Assembly: GCA_046583315.1 (NCBI GenBank)
Contig: JAYGCN010000201.1
Span: forward strand, 1-28,138
DNA: 28,138 nt
Direction: 5' to 3'
Source: Candidatus Hydrogenedentota bacterium
GTDB lineage: Bacteria > Hydrogenedentota > Hydrogenedentia > Hydrogenedentales > GCA-2746185
Positions 9,165-17,041 of the stretch are shown piece after piece. Under the pieces are notes generated by a model. The model did not search any database and was not told the origin of the DNA. It saw only the letters and a list, made by a program, of their open reading frames with translations. The position numbers and the translations under genes were made by a program. The stretch's first letter is position 1; every line of letters starts with the position of its first letter.

Positions 9165-10496
9165 GTGACGAAACGAGAATTAGTCCTGTTCCCTTCTGTT
9201 CTTGTAATGGCTCTTACTTCATCGTTCAGCCAAGCCGATTCCGCCGAAGACTATTGGCCCTCATGGCGCGGACCCAATTCCGACGGCGTTGCCGTCAAAG
9301 GCGATCCGCCTATCACCTGGAGCGAAACGGAAAACGTCAAATGGAAAGTCGCCCTTCCCGATAGCAGCGACTGCACACCGGTAATATGGGGTGACAGAAT
9401 TTTCATCCAGGTGGCCGTTCCTATGGAAGAAGGTGCTGAAGCGGATCGACCCACTCCCCCCGAAATCGAACGCGAAATCTTGATGCCAAAACCGAAGATG
9501 CCATACAAGTTCAATATCATGTGTCTCGATCGCGGCACCGGAGAAACCCTCTGGGAAGAAACCGTACGCACCGAATATCCTCATGAAGGATTTCATCCCT
9601 CGGGTGGACTTGCAAACTACTCTCCCGTCACCGACGGCGAGCATGTATGGTTCAGCTTCGGATCACGCGGCGTTCATTGCTTCACCGTAGATGGCCAACA
9701 CGTCTGGAGCTCAGACCTGATGGTCATGTACACGCTACGTGGATTCGGCGAAGGTAGCTCCCCCGCCGTTGTGGATAACGCCGTCATCGTAGTTGCCGAT
9801 CACGAAGGTGAATCAAAGATTTTCGCATTCGACAAATCAAACGGAGACCTGCTTTGGGAAAAAGAGCGTGATGAAGAGTCCGGCTGGGCAACGCCAACGC
9901 CCGTTGAGGTAAACGGTGAAACGCAAATCATCGTCAGCGGCACCAACATGATTCGAAGCTACGATGTCGAAACCGGCGACCTCGTCTGGGAATGCAGCGG
10001 TCTCACGAAGGGCTCGATCCCCTCACCAGTCGTCTCCGATGGAAAAGTATTCTTGGCGACCGGTTACCAAAAGCCCAAGATGATGGCCATCGCGCTCGGC
10101 GGCAAAGGCGACATCTCCACATCGGACGCGATCACCTGGACAGCCGACGAAGGCATGCCCTATATTGCCACTCCTCTGCTGTACAATGATCGCATCTATA
10201 CCTTCGATAACCTCAAGGCCAACCTCTCCTGCTACGAAGCCAGCACCGGACGCGCCGTTTTCGTCAAAGAAAAGCTCACCGGAATGAAACAAATCTACGC
10301 ATCGCCCGTCGGTGCCGCAGGTCGCATCTACACCGTCGACCGTAAAGGAACCTTCCTGGTGCTCAAGCAATCGGATTCCGTCGAGATTCTCGCAACGAAC
10401 AAGCTTGATGATGATTTCGACGCCTCCCCGGTTATCGTCGGAGATGAGTTGTACCTCAAAGGTGCCAAATTTCTCTACTGCATCGCTAAAGGCTAG
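9165..10496 (+). CDS. Secreted PQQ-like beta-propeller repeat protein, tandem paralog of 7765-9114
   Basis: GTG start with TAAGGAG RBS and a signal peptide. Colinear with the upstream gene (SPVTDGEHVW.SFGSRG, FGEGSSPA, DHEG.SKI.AFDK, KQIYASPVGA, FDASPV..GDELYLKG). Confidence 0.9.
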   Translation: MTKRELVLFPSVLVMALTSSFSQADSAEDYWPSWRGPNSDGVAVKGDPPITWSETENVKWKVALPDSSDCTPVIWGDRIFIQVAVPMEEGAEADRPTPPEIEREILMPKPKMPYKFNIMCLDRGTGETLWEETVRTEYPHEGFHPSGGLANYSPVTDGEHVWFSFGSRGVHCFTVDGQHVWSSDLMVMYTLRGFGEGSSPAVVDNAVIVVADHEGESKIFAFDKSNGDLLWEKERDEESGWATPTPVEVNGETQIIVSGTNMIRSYDVETGDLVWECSGLTKGSIPSPVVSDGKVFLATGYQKPKMMAIALGGKGDISTSDAITWTADEGMPYIATPLLYNDRIYTFDNLKANLSCYEASTGRAVFVKEKLTGMKQIYASPVGAAGRIYTVDRKGTFLVLKQSDSVEILATNKLDDDFDASPVIVGDELYLKGAKFLYCIAKG

Positions 10497-10518
10497 TCAC
10501 CCCAAATAAGGACTCAAA

Positions 10519-12246
10519 ATGTCTGAAGATACAACTGGCGAACAAGAGCAAAGTGCCACAACAGGTCCACGATTGGGCTTCCCAATAGCCGTTGTCATCA
10601 TTCAACTCGCAGTAATGTTCGGCTTCAACGCTTTCGGTTCAACAAACGTTCAAAACATCTTCGGTCTGGGACTTGCACCGCTTGTCGCAGCAATTCTCCT
10701 GAGCATCTGGTGGTTGAGAAGTAAGGGCGTACCCCGACGTGACCGCCTTATCGGTTTCATAGCATTTCTTGCTGTTATCGTGTTCATCGTATTATTGCAC
10801 GGCCAAAACGGCATGTATCTTCTGATACTCGCTCTACCTGTTCTGACTACCGCTATCATTCTTAAACTCCTGCTTACCTCCAGATGGCCCTGGTCGTCCC
10901 GAAGATTCTTCCCGCTCATTATCGTGGCCCTCTGGACCCTCGGCTTCGGACTCGTCCGTGTCGACGCCATCGGCGGTGACCTCATTCCTCTGATGTCGTG
11001 GCGATGGACACCCATCTCAACCAGTATCGCGACGCAGGTAAGCGAAGAGCCGATCACACTGCCCAACTCCCCCAGTGACCAAGACTGGCCAGAATTTCGC
11101 GGCACTCGGCGTGACGGACAGTCCACCACATTCTCTTTTGCGACTGACTGGAACGAAAACCCTCCCAAAGAACTATGGCGCAAAGATGTCGGTCTCGGCT
11201 GGTCATCCTTCACCGTCATCGGCGACTATATCTTCACCCAAGAGCAACGCGACTCCGGTGAATTCGTCGTATGTTACGAAGCCAACACCGGAAACCTGGT
11301 GTGGACCAACTACGTCGATGCCCGCTTCGTGGAAGGCATGGGCGACGGCCCGCGCGCTACCCCTACGTTCGTGGACGGCAAACTCTACACCCAAGGCGCA
11401 ACCGGAATCCTGCAATGCCTGAACGCGGATACTGGTGAGGCCGTCTGGAAACGCGACGTGGGCGAAGATACAGGAGCAAAATTACCGATGTGGGGTTTTG
11501 CCAGCTCCCCGCTGTTTGTCGACGAAAAAGTCATCGTATTCACCGGGGCAGACGCCGGCAAGAGTGTGATCGCTTACCATAGCGCGACCGGAGAAATCGC
11601 TTGGACCGCTGGCGACGGAGACCACGGATATGGCTCGGGGCATCTCGCTGAATTTGACGGGACATCTCAACTACTCATGATCAGCAACTTCGGCATTCAA
11701 TCCTTTATACCCGAAACCGGAGAGCAACTCTGGGAACACAGCATGGACATCGGCACTTTCGCCCGCGTAGTACAACCGCTTCTGTCCGACGATGATTCGG
11801 TCTTTATCGGCAGCAGTTTCGGAAAAGGTTCACGTCGATTGACCGTCACCAAAGAAGATGACACCTGGAATGTTCAAGAAGATTGGACCAGCAAGAAAAT
11901 CCGTCCATACTTTAACGACTGCGTGGTGCACGAGGGGTACATTTACGGCTACGACGGCAACCGAATTGCCTGCATCGATGCGTCCACTGGTGAGGCCACC
12001 TGGAAAAGCCGACGCGTGGGTGGACAGGTATTGCTGCTGCCTGAAATGGACATTCTGCTCAGCCTGACCGAAAAAGGCGAGGTCCTTCTCATCAGCGCGA
12101 CACCAGACGAATACACCATAATCGCCCGCATCAAAGCGCTTACCAAAAAACCGAAAAAGACATGGAATCATCCGGTCATTGCACAAGGAAAGTTATTCGT
12201 GCGAAATTCTACAGAAGCGGTTTGCTACAAACTTTCCCCGTCCTGA
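10519..12246 (+). CDS. Multi-TM membrane protein fused to a C-terminal PQQ-like beta-propeller
   Basis: About five hydrophobic segments in the first ~150 aa, then WPEFRG.RRDG, PPKELWRKDVGLGWSSF, GPRATPT, and TWNHPVIAQGKLFVRNSTEAVCY. RBS TAAGGA. Confidence 0.88.
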   Translation: MSEDTTGEQEQSATTGPRLGFPIAVVIIQLAVMFGFNAFGSTNVQNIFGLGLAPLVAAILLSIWWLRSKGVPRRDRLIGFIAFLAVIVFIVLLHGQNGMYLLILALPVLTTAIILKLLLTSRWPWSSRRFFPLIIVALWTLGFGLVRVDAIGGDLIPLMSWRWTPISTSIATQVSEEPITLPNSPSDQDWPEFRGTRRDGQSTTFSFATDWNENPPKELWRKDVGLGWSSFTVIGDYIFTQEQRDSGEFVVCYEANTGNLVWTNYVDARFVEGMGDGPRATPTFVDGKLYTQGATGILQCLNADTGEAVWKRDVGEDTGAKLPMWGFASSPLFVDEKVIVFTGADAGKSVIAYHSATGEIAWTAGDGDHGYGSGHLAEFDGTSQLLMISNFGIQSFIPETGEQLWEHSMDIGTFARVVQPLLSDDDSVFIGSSFGKGSRRLTVTKEDDTWNVQEDWTSKKIRPYFNDCVVHEGYIYGYDGNRIACIDASTGEATWKSRRVGGQVLLLPEMDILLSLTEKGEVLLISATPDEYTIIARIKALTKKPKKTWNHPVIAQGKLFVRNSTEAVCYKLSPS

Positions 12247-12869
12247 TCGCCGGGAGACACATCCCCATCAAACCATGTATGGTCCGTCAAGAACTTCTCC
12301 GCGTGGCGCTCAAGATCACGCGTAAACTCTGTCCGATACTCTACAAACCAGACACCGTACTCAAAAAGGTAAGTGTTAGCGAACCGTTCGTTCTTCGTCC
12401 TGAAAAATGCTTTCTTTCCAAAATACGGCAATTCGCCCCGCATGATTGGAACATCATATAACGCCACAAACCGATGCTCCTCATCTGTTCCGGACTCTTC
12501 GATCTCCTGCATGATCGCGTCGAGACGTTTCGACTGCGATGCGGAGGCTTGCAACGTACTCTCCCGCTTCTTGGGCTCATCGGGATCGACATCGGGGTTG
12601 GGATACACGCGTACGGACACAGAAACCCGCTCGCCCCCCCGCAACAACAAATACTCCACCCGCACACCATCACCCTCATCGACCACAACGTACTGGCCAA
12701 ATCCCACCAGCGTCGCAGGGAAAGGTATACCCGATCCGGCATGGACGAAACCTTCTGTATGAAACACAGGCCCTTCGTCCTGCGATGAACAGCCCGTCAC
12801 TACAGAGGCAAACAGCGTGCCCCCCCCCAGAATTGCAAGACCTCGTATTGTACTCAAAAACATCAACAT
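12225..12869 (-). CDS. Hypothetical lipoprotein
   Basis: Hydrophobic N-terminus ending in lipobox-like VTG-C followed by SSQD. Starts 6 nt after the thioredoxin stop and overlaps the convergent gene by 22 nt. No family recognised. Confidence 0.6.
   Translation of the reverse strand: MLMFLSTIRGLAILGGGTLFASVVTGCSSQDEGPVFHTEGFVHAGSGIPFPATLVGFGQYVVVDEGDGVRVEYLLLRGGERVSVSVRVYPNPDVDPDEPKKRESTLQASASQSKRLDAIMQEIEESGTDEEHRFVALYDVPIMRGELPYFGKKAFFRTKNERFANTYLFEYGVWFVEYRTEFTRDLERHAEKFLTDHTWFDGDVSPGDQDGESL
12820..12828 (-). repeat. G9 homopolymer (C9 on + strand) in the lipoprotein signal peptide
   Basis: The + strand reads gtg-ccccccccc-ag, encoding L-G-G-G-T on the - strand. Confidence 0.9.
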
Positions 12870-12875
12870 ATCAAT

Positions 12876-13109
12876 TCAGGAAATCATTTCTTTTAATTCG
12901 GCTTCCGAAGGCACACGCCCGGAAACCTTTACTTCACCATCCACCACCAGCGCCGGCGTGGACAGTACACCAAACGACGTGATCGCATCAATATCCTTCA
13001 CCTTCGTAAGCTCAAATTCGATGCCCAGCTTCTGCGCCGCATCCTGTGTCATCTCCGCCAGTTTTTCGCATGAAGCGCATCCCGGCCCCAACACTTGTAA
13101 TTTTTTCAT
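12876..13109 (-). CDS. Small thioredoxin-family redox-active disulfide protein (MTH895/TM0996-like)
   Basis: LQVLGPGCASC (CxxC), GVLSTPALVVDGEVKVSGRVP, 77 aa. AGGAGG RBS. Confidence 0.92.
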   Translation of the reverse strand: MKKLQVLGPGCASCEKLAEMTQDAAQKLGIEFELTKVKDIDAITSFGVLSTPALVVDGEVKVSGRVPSEAELKEMIS

Positions 13110-13130
13110 CGTGCTTCCTCCTGGCGCTGA

Positions 13131-14243
13131 TCACCGCTTAGCCGCTTCAATCCCGGCAATGGCCATCAACGAATCACCTGTATCCTTAAGCGTCTCCGTT
13201 ATTGTATGCGGTTTCAGCCCAAGTTCGTTAATCGCCTTCGTCAGTTTCCCATGCGGATGATCCGGCGTTTCAGGTGCATCGTAATCCCCGGCAACATTGA
13301 TATCCGGATAAATCGCCCGCAACGAATCAATCAACTCCTGTACGGTCAACTCACCACTTTCATCCGTCGCCGACAACATATACCGCGTACCGTTCTTCGC
13401 GATGTCATTCGTTGCAGCAAGACGCTGCGTTTCAGCGATATCACGTACGTCAATGACGTTCCAGAGTGAATTGAAACGTCCCTCATGACCGCCATCTCCT
13501 GTGAGCATGAGACCGATGCGGTGTTGCCATCCCGTGTCCTGCGAAGCGCCTAGAATCGGACCCAACACATGACAGGGATTTACCGAGACCACGTCGATGC
13601 CCGTCCGTCCTCCCCACGCGTAGGCATACTGCTCTGCTTCCACCTTGCCCATCGCATACGGCTGCCGTTCCAACGTCCACAGCGGCTTCGGCTCGCCCGT
13701 TTTTCGGTCTTTCACTGTCCACCTGGATTCAATCGTCTCATACGATCCTTCGCCTGCCCAGTCGTCATCCTTATACTCATATCCGCTCGCATTGCGACCC
13801 CCTTCGCGCAGGCCCATAATCGCCGCACACGAGGATGTATAAATCACACGTTTCACCGTAGCGGCTTTTTCGACCGAATCCAAAATGCCCTTCGTTGACG
13901 TCATGCAACCGTCGAACACCCGCTGCGCATCCCTTGCACCGTACGTCGGATCGCTTCCCAGATCAGCCGCAACATGAAACACTGCGCAGCATCCCCTAAA
14001 AACATCATCGTAAACGCCTTCGTGTGCCTTGAATAGATCGCGCGAAAAAATCTCTACACTACCCGGACCCGCTTCGCCAATCTCGTTCAGGTACGAAACC
14101 TTGTCCTCGCGAGTAGCATCGCGCACCGTCGCACGCACCGTGTACCCGGCTTCAACCAGATTCTTGACCACATGTGATCCAATATAACCTGACGCACCCG
14201 TAACAGCCACCGGTCCATCTGAAGGTCCAGAAATCGCACTCAT
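13131..14243 (-). CDS. NAD(P)-dependent epimerase/dehydratase-family extended SDR (dihydroflavonol reductase/cinnamoyl-CoA reductase/aldehyde reductase-like)
   Basis: VAVTGASGYIGSHVVKNL..GYTVRATVRD, VFHVAA, VKRVIYTSSCAA, YxxxK (YAMGK), NP..VLGP, IDVRDIA. Start at ATG 14243, 1 nt after the upstream stop. Confidence 0.88.
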   Translation of the reverse strand: MSAISGPSDGPVAVTGASGYIGSHVVKNLVEAGYTVRATVRDATREDKVSYLNEIGEAGPGSVEIFSRDLFKAHEGVYDDVFRGCCAVFHVAADLGSDPTYGARDAQRVFDGCMTSTKGILDSVEKAATVKRVIYTSSCAAIMGLREGGRNASGYEYKDDDWAGEGSYETIESRWTVKDRKTGEPKPLWTLERQPYAMGKVEAEQYAYAWGGRTGIDVVSVNPCHVLGPILGASQDTGWQHRIGLMLTGDGGHEGRFNSLWNVIDVRDIAETQRLAATNDIAKNGTRYMLSATDESGELTVQELIDSLRAIYPDINVAGDYDAPETPDHPHGKLTKAINELGLKPHTITETLKDTGDSLMAIAGIEAAKR

Positions 14244-14244
14244 A

Positions 14245-15036
14245 TCAACGCCCCTTCCATACTGGCTTCCGCTTCTCCGCGAAGGCCTTCGGTCCCTCAA
14301 TCAAATCTTCCGACTGAAACATCTGCTTCATCACAGGATACGTCGTATCGATCGCCTCCTCCAGTGAAATACCCAAACCCTTTGTAGCAGCCTCCTTGGT
14401 GGCCTGCAATGACAAAGGCGCGCCCAGCATGATCTCAGCAGCCCAGGCTTCAGCCGTTTCAAGCAGCTTGTCCTGAGGCACCACTTCATTGACCAATCCG
14501 TGCTCATAACCCTCCTGCGCCGTGAGACGTTTACCAGCCAACATCATACCCATTGCGATATGATAGGGAATCTGTCGCGGTAGACGATGTACACCACCTG
14601 CAGCCGCCATGAGACCCACACGCGGTTCCGGCAGCCCGAAAGATGCGTTTTCTGAGGCAATAATAATATCGCAGGCCAAGGCGATTTCGAAACCACCACC
14701 CAGCGCAAAACCATTCACCGCGGCGATGATAGGTTTGAAGCAATCATGTCGTTTCACCAGTCCCGCAAAACCAGTATCAACGCCTTTCATGCCTTCGCCC
14801 ACGGCGTCACGACCATTCTCCGCCTGCCATCTCAGATCGTTACCAGCCGAAAACGACTTTTCTCCAGCCCCAGTGATGATACACACCCGCTGATCCGGAT
14901 CCGACGCATAATCGTTCAACGTCGCATGCAGCTCCTGATGCGCGGGCGGATGCAACGCGTTCATACGCTCAGGACGATTCAACGTAATGATCGTCAGGTG
15001 ATCTTTGCGTTCCGCATTGATAAATTCGTGACTCAC
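14245..15036 (-). CDS. Enoyl-CoA hydratase/crotonase (CaiD-like)
   Basis: ITLNRPERMNAL, FSAGNDL, KPIIAAVNGFALGGGFEIALACD, FGLPEPRVG (both catalytic Glu present), AFAEKRKPVWKGR. GTG start at 15036 with AAAGGAG RBS. Confidence 0.93.
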   Translation of the reverse strand: MSHEFINAERKDHLTIITLNRPERMNALHPPAHQELHATLNDYASDPDQRVCIITGAGEKSFSAGNDLRWQAENGRDAVGEGMKGVDTGFAGLVKRHDCFKPIIAAVNGFALGGGFEIALACDIIIASENASFGLPEPRVGLMAAAGGVHRLPRQIPYHIAMGMMLAGKRLTAQEGYEHGLVNEVVPQDKLLETAEAWAAEIMLGAPLSLQATKEAATKGLGISLEEAIDTTYPVMKQMFQSEDLIEGPKAFAEKRKPVWKGR

Positions 15037-15037
15037 A

Positions 15038-16807
15038 CTAATTCTCCTTTGCCGTTTCCTTAGGTAACCACCACGCCCGTTCTGCAGGGTCATACAAAAA
15101 CACGCCTGCAGGGGAAAAGTTGATGCCTCTCATGTTCTTATTAAATCCATGCAGCATCGTGTAATTCCACATGAACAAATGCGGCTGCTCGTCATAGATA
15201 ATCTGCTGCATCTCACGGAAAAACACCGCGCGTTCATCGCGGTTGTAGGTACTTTCACTCAAATCCATCAGTTCATCCACGCGCGCGTTGCTGTACGCTC
15301 CGATGTTGCGCCCGCCGTCATATTCGTCCGTGTGAAAATGATTGCGCCACTGGGAAGGATCGTTAGACACCTCCCACACGCTCACAATCGATTCAAACTC
15401 ATGCTTCAGATACCGTGTATCGAAGGCGGCATTCTCAATCACCCGAAAATTGAACGCAATACCGATCTTCTTCAGATTGTTCCGAAAATCATCCACCATC
15501 GGCGTGGCCCATGTAAAAGACTTCGCCATCAGCATCTCAAATTCAAACTTCACCGATGTCCCATCAATTTCCTTATGGCGCCAACCATCCTCATCACTCA
15601 CCAGCCAGCCAACCTCATCCAGCAATGCCGCAGCCTTATCCAAATTAAACTCCAGCGGCTTCACATCAGGATTGTATCCCCAATGCTCCTTATCGAAAAT
15701 CCCGTTCGACGTCTGGAACAAGTTGTACGTCACAATCTTGAGAACCTTCTCCGTGTCATACGCATGGGCCAACGCCCGACGTACCTTCGCATCCTGAAAA
15801 AACGGGTTACTGCCATCCATGTTCCAACCAATGAAAGCGAACATACGTCGCGTGAAGTATCCCTTCACCCCGTACTTCCTGAATTCTTCGTCGTTGGTCT
15901 GGGTCGCGTACTGCTGCGGTGTCAGCCAAATCTCATCCAGCCCGCCGCTCTTGAACATCAGCAACGCGACATTGCGATCCGGCTGAATTTTTATAATCTG
16001 CCGTGCGAAGTGAGGCTTCTCGAACGGGAAATCCTCCCAGCGATTCACCACGAGGCGATCATTGGTGCGCCATTCCACAAACTTGTACGGTCCGCCACCG
16101 ACCACGCCTTCACGTGCCAAATGCACATAGTAATCACTGCGCGACATCGTAGGATCTTTCGCCAACTCGTCAGGCTTCCCGTAGATATGTTTGGGTAAAA
16201 TCGGAAATCCGATGTTCTGTGGATTCATCGGGCTCGCCTTCACATGATGAAACTCCAGCGTCAAATCATCAATGATCTTTATATCCTTGATCTGGCTCAC
16301 CATATATTTATAGTAATACGCGGGCACTTCAGGACTTCTGATCGCCTCCCATGTAAATTTGATGTCTTCCGTCGTCAGTGGATGCCCGTCATGAAAAATC
16401 TGACCGGGTCGCAACTTGACCGTCGTGATCATACGATCATCCGAATCCTTCGCCCACTCAACGCGTTCCTCGCTCGGCTTCCAGGTCAAGGTGCCGTCGC
16501 GCCGGTAGACATAACTAAACAACAAGGTCTGCATATAAAAATCGAACCAGGAATTCACGAAGATCGGATTCAAATTCCGCGGTTCACCTGCCGAATGACG
16601 AACGAGGGTCGCATCAAAATCCACACGCGACAGGTCATCCGCCGGAAACGGCTCAAACATCTCTTCAGGATTCACCAGCGGATCCGTCATTGGATCATAA
16701 GTGGCGGCAGTCTGTCCGCCACTGCCACCGTCCGGAGGGGCTCCCGTGCATCCTACCAGTAGCGCTGCGACGCAAACGCCCATAAGCATCGATTTAACTA
16801 GATTCAT
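15038..16807 (-). CDS. ABC substrate-binding lipoprotein, family 5 (OppA/DppA/AppA-like)
   Basis: Lipobox LVG-C, EPRNLNP, FHDGHPLTTEDIKFT, VGGGPYKFVEW, FQDAKVRRALAHAYD, YSNARVDEL. ATG 16807 with GGAGGAG RBS. Confidence 0.92.
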   Translation of the reverse strand: MNLVKSMLMGVCVAALLVGCTGAPPDGGSGGQTAATYDPMTDPLVNPEEMFEPFPADDLSRVDFDATLVRHSAGEPRNLNPIFVNSWFDFYMQTLLFSYVYRRDGTLTWKPSEERVEWAKDSDDRMITTVKLRPGQIFHDGHPLTTEDIKFTWEAIRSPEVPAYYYKYMVSQIKDIKIIDDLTLEFHHVKASPMNPQNIGFPILPKHIYGKPDELAKDPTMSRSDYYVHLAREGVVGGGPYKFVEWRTNDRLVVNRWEDFPFEKPHFARQIIKIQPDRNVALLMFKSGGLDEIWLTPQQYATQTNDEEFRKYGVKGYFTRRMFAFIGWNMDGSNPFFQDAKVRRALAHAYDTEKVLKIVTYNLFQTSNGIFDKEHWGYNPDVKPLEFNLDKAAALLDEVGWLVSDEDGWRHKEIDGTSVKFEFEMLMAKSFTWATPMVDDFRNNLKKIGIAFNFRVIENAAFDTRYLKHEFESIVSVWEVSNDPSQWRNHFHTDEYDGGRNIGAYSNARVDELMDLSESTYNRDERAVFFREMQQIIYDEQPHLFMWNYTMLHGFNKNMRGINFSPAGVFLYDPAERAWWLPKETAKEN

Positions 16808-17041
16808 CAGGTTCTCCTCCATAGGAACTTCCATCCTATCGAAGCACCGTACAAGTACGCAAGCCCTGAAGCCCGTCGGTTCAACCTATCAGGCACGGGT
16901 TGAAAAAATACCCTTGCAAGGCGTAGCATATATCCGCTGTGGTGACCGATTCGAAATCGCTGGTTTGCCGATTTTAATGCATTCATTTCGAGTCCAATCC
17001 CATAATAAACCAATCAAATCTGCACAAACGAGGAGTTCACC

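Noticed and set aside
1..12246. Calling the propellers bamB or true PQQ dehydrogenases
   Set aside because: There are five copies, no lipobox in the complete ones and no typical bamB neighbourhood. I saw no quinoprotein catalytic motifs. Only the fold is supported.
12876..13109. Arsenic-resistance operon or selenoprotein
   Set aside because: This thioredoxin family often accompanies ars/permease genes, but none are present here, and the motif is plain CxxC.
15149..16198. 349-aa + strand ORF
   Set aside because: It is an antisense shadow of the substrate-binding protein gene, with no recognisable motifs.
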